Shown here: positions 1 through 7,494 of the stretch, in pieces
Position numbering within the stretch: the first letter of the stretch is position 1
How the letters are laid out: each line of letters begins with the position of its first letter
Assembly (NCBI GenBank): GCA_043821645.1
Contig: JBDRCO010000111.1
Span: forward strand, 81,445-145,444
Direction of reading: 5' to 3'
Source: Pseudomonadota bacterium
GTDB taxonomy: Bacteria; Myxococcota; JACRCW01; JAFGSX01
DNA length: 64,000 nucleotides
Made by a program: the position numbers and the translations under genes
Notes under the pieces: model-generated
Databases searched by the model: none
What the model saw: only the letters and a program-made list of their open reading frames with translations
Told to the model about the DNA's origin: nothing

Positions 1-2
1 GG

Positions 3-380
3 GCCGAGGTTCTGGAGGCGCAGGCGATCTATGTCGGAGCGGTGGAGCAAGACAGCTCCGGCTATCCAGACTGCCGGCGGCCTTTCTTCGACGCCTACGA
101 GCGCGCCATCCAGCTGGGCACAGGGGCGACCTCCCTGCTGCGCATCCACACCCCCCTGGTCGAGCTGAGCAAGGCGCAGATCGTCCGCCGGGGCATCGAT
201 CTCGGCGCGCCGCTGCACCTGACCTGGTCCTGCTATCGCGACGAGGACCTGGCCTGCGGGCGCTGCGAGTCCTGCATCCTCAGGCTGCGCGGTTTTGCAG
301 GTGCCGGGGTTGACGATCCTGTTCCCTATCAGGACCCCGCGACGGGGCCAGGATCCACCCTGCCCCCGCGCGTCGATTGA
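3..380 (+). CDS. queC: 7-cyano-7-deazaguanine synthase, 3' part (5' end outside the window)
   Basis: SGYPDCR, TPL..LSKAQIV and TWSCY...CGRCESC.LR motifs. The frame is open from base 3. Confidence 0.93.
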   Translation, partial: AEVLEAQAIYVGAVEQDSSGYPDCRRPFFDAYERAIQLGTGATSLLRIHTPLVELSKAQIVRRGIDLGAPLHLTWSCYRDEDLACGRCESCILRLRGFAGAGVDDPVPYQDPATGPGSTLPPRVD

Positions 381-436
381 CCGGGCCGATCGCCGCTTGC
401 TACAAAACCAGCACCATCCTGTTCAAGGGGAATGCC

Positions 437-2080
437 ATGCCTCGCCTCTGCCTGCCGACCCGCGCTCTCACCGCCCTGTCCCTGGTGCTGTTGCCCTTCG
501 CAGCCTGCGAGTGCGACGAGATCGGCGATCTGTCCGCCCTGGGCGCGCTGGAACCGGCCACCCACAACTTCGGTCCTGTGGTGAGCGGCGAGCGCTGCGT
601 GGCGCAGATCAGCCTGCGCAATGATGGCCAGGCCGACTTGACCGTCAACGAATCCAAGTTCGTCGACAGCAGCGGCAACTTCGCCATCGACGGCATCGTG
701 CCGGCCTTCGTCAGCGCCTTCAGCTCCGATGTGGTGGCCGTGGCCTACACCGCGGGCACGCCGGGAACCACCTCCGAGGGCGCGACCCTGTGGCTCAAGA
801 CCAATACCCCCGAGAACGACGGAGTGCTGCAGGCCGCCCTGCGAGGCACTCCCGTGGCAGGGCTGTCCGCCATGGTGGGAAGTTCCTGCGACGTCGACGG
901 CACAGCCACCGCACCCTGCAGCGACCTCAACTTCGGGGCCACGGTGGTCGCCACCACCAGCCCTGGCGTGCTGCGCACGGTGCGCATCCACAACGACGGA
1001 ACCTCCACCATGACGGTGGTCGAGCCCGTGGTCCTGGACAATGCGGACTTCACCCTCGACAGCGCCCGCGTGCCCTCTGCCGACGGCCTGGGTGGTCTGG
1101 TCGAGGTCACCCAGTGGCCTCTGCAGCTCGAGCCCGGCAAGGGCCAGTGCGGCGTGGACTCTGGCAACGCGGTCACCTTCGTCGAGCTCAGCGTGCGCTA
1201 CCTGCCCACGGATATCGGCGCCGACGCCGGGCGGCTGCGGGTCGACACCGATGCCGCTATCACACCGTCGTACGTGGAGGTCGGCCTGGTTGGCATCGGC
1301 TCGGGGGATGGCATCGCCACCGACCCGGACTTCGTGAACTTCGGCGAGGTGGCGGTGGGGCAGAGCTCGACCAAGAGCGTGCGGGTGTTCAACCTGCGGC
1401 TCGACCAGGCACGCATCAACAACAGCTGCCTCGACACCAACCGCGACGATGTCTGCGATATCGACTGCACCGCGATCAACGACCAGGCCGTGCTCAGCTG
1501 TGGCGTCGAGAAGAGCGATGGCAGCCACGAGGGCAAGGGCTTCGTGCTCGAGCCCGCCGATGCCATGGCGGGTGGTGACGACGAGCGCACCGTCAAGATT
1601 CGCTGGGCCCCGGATGCGCCTGGCGCCCTGCGCGCACAGCTCCTCCTCGACACCGTGCTTGGCGGGGGTCGGGTGTGGAAAGTGCTGGTCAACGGAGGTG
1701 TGGCGGGTACCTTCACTCCGAGCAGCGACCCGGTGGTCGTCGTCGCCAGCGGCACCCCGCTCGCCGGTCAGGCCAGCTTCACCGTGACCAACACCGGGGC
1801 GGCCCCCCTGACCATTCGCCAGGTCAACTTTGCCGGATCCAGCTCCATCACCGGGGAGTTCACCTTGACCCGCGCCGGCGACGGCAGCTTCAGTGTCAAT
1901 GGCACGACGCCCTGGACGGGGACCCTGACCTTGCAGCAGAACCAGAGCGAGAGCTTCACCCTCGATTACCTGAACAGCGGTGTGGTCAACTGCGACAGCT
2001 TCGATGTGCACTGGTTCCACGACGGTGACGGCCAGGATCCCTATATCCTTGGCGTCGAGGTCGACGGCGACAACTGCTAG
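437..2080 (+). CDS. Lipoprotein with ~4 ASH/choice-of-anchor-D Ig-like domains
   Basis: Signal peptide ending PFAA-CEC. Repeats NFG.V..G...L.N.G...L.V (HNFGPVVSG, LNFGATVV, VNFGEVAVG, FTVTNTGAAPLTI). Confidence 0.8.
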   Translation: MPRLCLPTRALTALSLVLLPFAACECDEIGDLSALGALEPATHNFGPVVSGERCVAQISLRNDGQADLTVNESKFVDSSGNFAIDGIVPAFVSAFSSDVVAVAYTAGTPGTTSEGATLWLKTNTPENDGVLQAALRGTPVAGLSAMVGSSCDVDGTATAPCSDLNFGATVVATTSPGVLRTVRIHNDGTSTMTVVEPVVLDNADFTLDSARVPSADGLGGLVEVTQWPLQLEPGKGQCGVDSGNAVTFVELSVRYLPTDIGADAGRLRVDTDAAITPSYVEVGLVGIGSGDGIATDPDFVNFGEVAVGQSSTKSVRVFNLRLDQARINNSCLDTNRDDVCDIDCTAINDQAVLSCGVEKSDGSHEGKGFVLEPADAMAGGDDERTVKIRWAPDAPGALRAQLLLDTVLGGGRVWKVLVNGGVAGTFTPSSDPVVVVASGTPLAGQASFTVTNTGAAPLTIRQVNFAGSSSITGEFTLTRAGDGSFSVNGTTPWTGTLTLQQNQSESFTLDYLNSGVVNCDSFDVHWFHDGDGQDPYILGVEVDGDNC

Positions 2081-2364
2081 GCTCTTTTCGCCGGTATCCG
2101 AGTACCTGATGCCGTGGCCAGTGCTCAGGCGAAGGCTGGCTACCCACGCGACCTTTGTGCGTCACGATCGCCGGGCTGCGATCTCGGGTCCTCGCCCCTG
2201 CACAGGTCCGTTTCATCCCATAACAGTGGGTCGGCGCCCTGAAACGGCACCCCGTCGCGTTGAAAAGGCGTTGTTTTCCGGACTGTTGTGATCTCGCACA
2301 CCAATGTCCCTGTGCCGTCGATAAGATATGTATAGGGGCGGTCGTGGTGGATTGGAGCCGGACC

Positions 2365-4377
2365 ATGCGACGCTACGCTGCATTCTTGATGACCAGTGTC
2401 CTGGGTGCCGGGCTCGGCTGCTCGCCAGCCGTGGTCACCGGGAGCAACTGCAAGACCTCCCTGGACTGTCCAGCCAGCAAGGTCTGCGTCGACGGGCTGT
2501 GCCAGGATTCCACGCGCGTGGCCTGCACCAGCGACGCCGTGTGCCTGCCCCTGGGCGCCACCTGCATCAACGGCTTCTGCTCGACCACCTCGATGGTGGA
2601 TGCGGGACCCGGGGAGGACGCGGCCAGCGGCACCGACAGCGGCACCATCGTGTCCGGGCAAGGCATCATCGCCGTGGACACCGAGCTGCCCATCGACTTC
2701 GGCGACCCTCTGTTCGGGGCGTCGGTGGTCCGGGTGCTGACCGTGCGCAATGCGGGCGACGAGCCCCTGCACATCTACCGGGTGGGCCGGGTGCCGGGCA
2801 CCAGCGACGAATTCGCCCTCGATCCCGACGGTGCCGCCGCGGATTCGGTGCTCCTGCCCGAGCAGACCCTCGACGTCACCATCACCTACGTACTGGCCGA
2901 TGGTGAGGCGGACATCGGCGAGCTCTTCGTGCTCAGCGACGCGGCCTCGTGCGCACAGTTCTGTCAGGATCCGCACAACATCCGCGTGCCGCTGTATTCG
3001 GAGTTCAAGGGCGCCCGCAATCTCGACGTGACCCCGGCCAGCCACGACTTCGGTTTCGTGGTGGGCGGACAGACCAGCCTGTTTGCGCCCTTCACCCTGA
3101 GCAACGAGGGCACCCTGAGCAAGGTGCTCACCGTCGGCGACGTGCGCCTCGAGGGAACCGATGCCTCCCACTTCGGACTGCTCTTCGATCCCTTGCCCTA
3201 CTACCTGACGCCTGCGGGCAGCCAGATCGTCCGCGTGCGTTATGCGCCAGGCAACACCGCCTTCCACACGGCCGAGCTGGTGATCGAGGCCAACAGCGAC
3301 GATCCCGAGCGCCAGGTCGTGCGCGTGCCGCTCACCGGACGCTCGGTCCCCTCGGCCTCGCTGTCCGTGGCCAGCCCCCTGGACTTCGGGGTGGTCGAGG
3401 TGGGGCAGGCCTCGGTGCGGACCACCACCGTGCACAACGGTGGCGGCATGGCTGCCACCATCACCTCGCCCGAGCGCTTCGAGTTCGGGGACCAGGGCTT
3501 CTCACTGGTCAGTCCTGTGCTGCCGCAGATCGTACAACCTGGACAGCAGGTGACCTTCACCTTGCGCTTCGCCCCGGCCAACGCCGGTGACAAGGGCGAC
3601 AATCTGTTTTTGGACCACGACGCGGCTGGCTCGCCGCTCACCGTCGGCATGACAGGTCGGGGCAAGGACCCGCCCCAGGGCTACAGCAGCCTGCGCATCG
3701 AGCAGCGGTTCTCGCGGGCCCTGGCCGGGACCGGCTGCGCGTTCCAGACCAATTACCAGAACGTGGATCTCGAGGTCGTGGCCGGCGGTGCCATCTGTGA
3801 CAAGAACGCGGGCGGCTGCCAGGCCGATGTCTGTGCCTGCAATCTGGGCAGCCTGGGCAGCGCCACCTGGTCCTGCAACAACTGCGGTGGTGGTACGGCC
3901 TCGTCGGAGATCGTCTCCAACTTCGGCTCGGGCGCGGACGGCTCGCTTGACGTGCGTGCCTACTACTTCGATGCCTGCACCGCGGGCTACTTCGGGGTCT
4001 CGGGGGCGGCCTTGCAGGCCGTATGCTCCTTCCCGGGCACGCGCGAGGCCTGCTTCCCCTACGAGGTCTTCAGCCAGGCCATCTACGTCGAGCCGTGCCA
4101 GTACACGGACCACTGCATCTCCGAGAGCCTGTGCATGGTCTATGTGCCGACCCTCGCCAATCGCTGCATGTCGACGGCCGCCACCCAGGTGCGCACGATC
4201 ATCTCGCTGTCCCAGGGCACGAGCGCAGATCGCACGGTGGTCTTTTGCACCGATCTGCAGAGCCTGTACGAGCGGCAGGCTGTGGCCCGGATCGAGCGCG
4301 CGGCCGGCCTGTTCAACCTGATAGGGCCCCTGGGAAGCTCGCGGGAGATCGCGCCCAGCGACCCCTGCGGTTTGTAG
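2365..4377 (+). CDS. Cys-rich lipoprotein with 3 ASH/choice-of-anchor-D domains and a Cys-rich C-terminal domain
   Basis: Lipobox GLG-C. Two N-terminal C..S.DC.....C..G.C knots. IDFG/HDFG/LDFG repeats. GGAG upstream of ATG 2365. Confidence 0.8.
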   Translation: MRRYAAFLMTSVLGAGLGCSPAVVTGSNCKTSLDCPASKVCVDGLCQDSTRVACTSDAVCLPLGATCINGFCSTTSMVDAGPGEDAASGTDSGTIVSGQGIIAVDTELPIDFGDPLFGASVVRVLTVRNAGDEPLHIYRVGRVPGTSDEFALDPDGAAADSVLLPEQTLDVTITYVLADGEADIGELFVLSDAASCAQFCQDPHNIRVPLYSEFKGARNLDVTPASHDFGFVVGGQTSLFAPFTLSNEGTLSKVLTVGDVRLEGTDASHFGLLFDPLPYYLTPAGSQIVRVRYAPGNTAFHTAELVIEANSDDPERQVVRVPLTGRSVPSASLSVASPLDFGVVEVGQASVRTTTVHNGGGMAATITSPERFEFGDQGFSLVSPVLPQIVQPGQQVTFTLRFAPANAGDKGDNLFLDHDAAGSPLTVGMTGRGKDPPQGYSSLRIEQRFSRALAGTGCAFQTNYQNVDLEVVAGGAICDKNAGGCQADVCACNLGSLGSATWSCNNCGGGTASSEIVSNFGSGADGSLDVRAYYFDACTAGYFGVSGAALQAVCSFPGTREACFPYEVFSQAIYVEPCQYTDHCISESLCMVYVPTLANRCMSTAATQVRTIISLSQGTSADRTVVFCTDLQSLYERQAVARIERAAGLFNLIGPLGSSREIAPSDPCGL

Positions 4378-4405
4378 TTCCCGGTTCCCAGTTCCCAGTT
4401 CCCGG
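4378..4405. repeat. Heptamer tandem repeat (TTCCCRG)x4
   Basis: TTCCCGG TTCCCAG TTCCCAG TTCCCGG directly after the stop codon. Confidence 0.85.
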
Positions 4406-4509
4406 TTGACGGAGCCCACCGCTCGCCCGGTGTTTCGTCGTCGACAGATCGCCCCGAAGCACGTTGAATCAGCACGCGGGAGGACCGGGCCTGCTCAGCT
4501 TGGACGGGC

Positions 4510-4547
4510 AACTCGGAACTCGATACTCGAAACGCAGAACCGGGAAC
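4510..4547. repeat. Degenerate heptamer repeat in the opposite orientation (~5 copies)
   Basis: AACTCGG AACTCGA TACTCGA AACGCAG AACCGGG AAC. Confidence 0.65.
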
Positions 4548-4558
4548 AAGGATCGCCA

Positions 4559-5314
4559 ATGGCACACCTCAAGGACATCGTGAGCTGGCTGGACCACGAG
4601 CTCGACGTGGAGCGGGTGCACGACGTGGCGGTCAACGGGCTGCAGGTCGAGGGCCGCAGCGAGGTTCAGCGAGTGGTCACCGGGGTCAGTGCCAACCTGG
4701 CCCTGCTGCAGGCCGCAGTCGATCGCAAGGCAGACCTGGTGGTGGTGCACCATGGCCTGGTGTGGGGTGGCATACAGCGCATCACCGGACCACTGCGTAC
4801 CCGGATCCGACTCGTGCTCGAGCAGGAGCTGTCCCTGGCTGCCTACCACCTGCCTCTCGACATGCACCCCGTTCATGGCAACAACGCGGGGCTGGCAAGC
4901 AGCCTCGAGCTGCAGGACGTGCAGCCCTTTGGCCTGTACAAGGGACAGCTCATTGGCCTGCGCGGCCAGCTGGCGAAGCCACTTCCCATCGCCGAGGTGC
5001 TTGCCCGGATCCGGAGCCGGATTCACGATCAGGCCCAGCTGCTGCCTGGCGGGGAGCATCCCGTGCACCGCGTCGCGGTGTGTTCCGGCGGCGCCGCCGA
5101 GCTGGTGTGGGAGGCCATCGAGGCCGGTTGCGATCTGTTCGTGTCGGGGGAGGCCACCGAGTTCTCGCCAGCACTGGCAGCCGAGGGTCGCATCCACGTC
5201 GTGGTCGCGGGCCACCACGCGACCGAGCGCTCGGGGGTGCAAGCGCTGGCCCGGGCGCTGCAGCAGCACTTCGGCATCCCCAGCGAATTCGTCGATATTC
5301 CTAACGCGCTGTGA
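4559..5314 (+). CDS. Nif3/DUF34 dinuclear metal-centre protein (YbgI family)
   Basis: NGLQVEG, VHHGLVW, YHLPLDMHP.HGNN, CSGG, SGE and AGHHATER motifs. Confidence 0.93.
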   Translation: MAHLKDIVSWLDHELDVERVHDVAVNGLQVEGRSEVQRVVTGVSANLALLQAAVDRKADLVVVHHGLVWGGIQRITGPLRTRIRLVLEQELSLAAYHLPLDMHPVHGNNAGLASSLELQDVQPFGLYKGQLIGLRGQLAKPLPIAEVLARIRSRIHDQAQLLPGGEHPVHRVAVCSGGAAELVWEAIEAGCDLFVSGEATEFSPALAAEGRIHVVVAGHHATERSGVQALARALQQHFGIPSEFVDIPNAL

Positions 5315-5372
5315 CAGCGGCCGCAGCCTCCTGCAAGTGGCGAGAGCGTTCACTGGCTGTTATCCTGCAGCC

Positions 5373-5813
5373 ATGAACGTCGCGGCCAGAGCACTCGCAC
5401 TCACCTCGCTGCTCGCCCTGGCCTGTGCACCGGGAGGCGAGGAACCCGACGATCCTCCCGTGCTCCGCCTGCGCTCGCCGCTACTGGCGCCCGTCGGGGC
5501 CCTGGTGACCTTCGACGCCAGTGCCAGCGTCGACGATCACGGTATCGTGATGTACAGCGTGCAGTTTGGTGACGGTAGCCCCGAGGCCGAGCTGTCGAGT
5601 CCGATCTTCACCCACGTGTACCGCGAGCCCGCCACCTACGAGATCGAGGTGCTGGCCCTGGACGCTCCGGGACACCGGGACGTGCTGCGGCGGAGCATCA
5701 CAGCGGTCGAGCGCTACTGGCCGCCGTACTGCGACGACAACCTGCCGTGCGAATGGGGAGCTCTCTGCGATCAGGGAGAGTGTTTCATCGAGGGTGAGGC
5801 CGGCTCTCCGTGA
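5373..5813 (+). CDS. PKD-domain lipoprotein with a C-terminal Cys knot
   Basis: Lipobox LALA-C. VTFDASAS.DD.GI..Y...FGDG...HVY...TY PKD pattern. Confidence 0.75.
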   Translation: MNVAARALALTSLLALACAPGGEEPDDPPVLRLRSPLLAPVGALVTFDASASVDDHGIVMYSVQFGDGSPEAELSSPIFTHVYREPATYEIEVLALDAPGHRDVLRRSITAVERYWPPYCDDNLPCEWGALCDQGECFIEGEAGSP

Positions 5814-5846
5814 GATCTCACCTGCCGCTGATGTGGTGACCGTGCG

Positions 5847-6551
5847 TCAGGATGCCGCGGCCGCGGCCGGGTACCACTCCAGGACCTGATCCGTGTTGGG
5901 CACGCCGGTGATCTGGGTGCGGCCGTCCCCGACGCGCACCTGACCCTCTGCAATCAGGCGGACGCCAGCCACGAAAGCCTTCTGTTGCAGCACGCTGATG
6001 CGGATACCCAGAGATTCCTCGTCGTCATCGCTCCACACCCGCAGCGCGCTCTGCAGCAGAATGCAGCCAACACCGCAGTTCTCGTCGAGAAAATGCAGGG
6101 TGCAGCCGGTGACGCGAACGCCAGCTGCCAGGGCGTCGCTCAGTGGAGTCTCTCCGGCAAAGGCAGGCAGCAGCGACGAGTGCATGCGCAACACGCGCTG
6201 GGGGAACGCCTGCACCAGCTTCGTGCCCAGGGTCGGGGAGAAGCCTGCCAGGCACACCAGCTCGACATCGCGATTCTGCAGGGCCTCGACCAGGGCGGTC
6301 TCGTAGGCGTCCGCGCTGTCGAAGGCGTCCTCCGAGAGCACACGGGTAGTCAGTCCCTGTCCGCGAGCACGCTCGAGGAGGGGGCTTTCCTTGTGGTTGC
6401 TCAAGACCAGTTCCACCGAGGCTGCAAAGGCGTTCTGCTGGCAGGCGTCGATGAGCGCCTGCAAGGTCGCCCCGGCCCGGGACACCAGCAAGCCCAGGCG
6501 GAGCGGCGCGCTCGTGTCGCAGGGAGCTCGATCGACGGGCGACGTACTCAT
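5847..6551 (-). CDS. PurN (GAR transformylase)-like protein with degenerate catalytic motifs
   Basis: Fold motifs LVCLAGF, HSSLLPAF.G and TGCTLHFLD are present. The catalytic Asn and Asp positions are substituted (see findings). Confidence 0.8.
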   Translation of the reverse strand: MSTSPVDRAPCDTSAPLRLGLLVSRAGATLQALIDACQQNAFAASVELVLSNHKESPLLERARGQGLTTRVLSEDAFDSADAYETALVEALQNRDVELVCLAGFSPTLGTKLVQAFPQRVLRMHSSLLPAFAGETPLSDALAAGVRVTGCTLHFLDENCGVGCILLQSALRVWSDDDEESLGIRISVLQQKAFVAGVRLIAEGQVRVGDGRTQITGVPNTDQVLEWYPAAAAAS

Positions 6552-6747
6552 GGTGGCGACCCTCGTTTCGTCCGGCTCGACAGTGGCTCGCGCCGTCGCT
6601 GCGGTCAAGACTTCGCACGCGGATCCGTCGCGGACAGCCCTCTGAAGAGCACGCGGCGTGGAAGGTCAGACTCGGCAAAACCGGGCATTCGCCGTGCGGA
6701 GGCCAGGGTGATTTACAGTGCGCCACCGCTCGCGCTAGGCTGCCGCC

Positions 6748-7461
6748 ATGGAATCTCTGGTGGTTGTCGCCTGCGCCCCAGGCCTGGAGGCCTTGACCGC
6801 GCGCTTGCAGGTTCGCTTCGAGGCAGCGGACGCTGCCGCTGCGTCCCTGGCCTTTGTCGACGCGGCCGCGGCACTGGCGCGTGGCTTCAAGCAGAGCACT
6901 GTGCCCAGTGACGGCAACCGCAAGGTGGTCTTGCTGGTGCGGCCCGGCCAGGGTGACGAGAGCCTGGCGCGGGTGCTCGAGGGTGTGCCCGCGCGGACGG
7001 TCGAGGTGCCCGCAGACCAGGTTGATGCGGCGGTGGCCGAGGCGGTGCGCCACGAGGTGGATAGGGGCGCCCGCTCCGTGGTGGTGGCGTCGGTGTTGGC
7101 GCCAACCCTGCCTCCCTACCTCCTCGATCACGCGTTCCGGGCGCTGCTGTTTCACGACCTGGTGGTGGGACCTGACTTCGCCGGTCATACCTACCTGCTG
7201 GGTGTGCGCCGCCCGCCGCCGTCCTTTGCCCTGGATCTGCACTGGGATCCGACGCCTGCCGTGAGTACGGTCCTGGACGCCGCCGCGCGCGGCACCAACA
7301 TGACCATGCTGCCCTTCTGGTACCAGCTGGGCGATGACGCCTCGCTCGCCTGGCTGGAGACGCACTTGCGAGTTCTTCGCGGTCGCCCATGGCTGCTGGC
7401 CTCGGCCTTGCCTGACCTGGTCGAGCGGGCGAACCGCAGCGAGAGCCCACTGGCTCCCTGA
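6748..7461 (+). CDS. DUF2064/TIGR04282-like glycosyltransferase-A-fold protein, divergent
   Basis: APTLP..LL..AF..L..HDLVVGP...G.TYLLG and LPFWY motifs resemble DUF2064. Confidence 0.6.
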   Translation: MESLVVVACAPGLEALTARLQVRFEAADAAAASLAFVDAAAALARGFKQSTVPSDGNRKVVLLVRPGQGDESLARVLEGVPARTVEVPADQVDAAVAEAVRHEVDRGARSVVVASVLAPTLPPYLLDHAFRALLFHDLVVGPDFAGHTYLLGVRRPPPSFALDLHWDPTPAVSTVLDAAARGTNMTMLPFWYQLGDDASLAWLETHLRVLRGRPWLLASALPDLVERANRSESPLAP

Positions 7462-7494
7462 ACGGGCCGCGTTGCCGCATCCATCGAGGGTCGC

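Noticed and set aside
4559..5314. GTP cyclohydrolase I feeding queC (queuosine cluster)
   Set aside because: The GTP cyclohydrolase annotation of DUF34 is disputed, and no queD, queE or queF is seen in the window.
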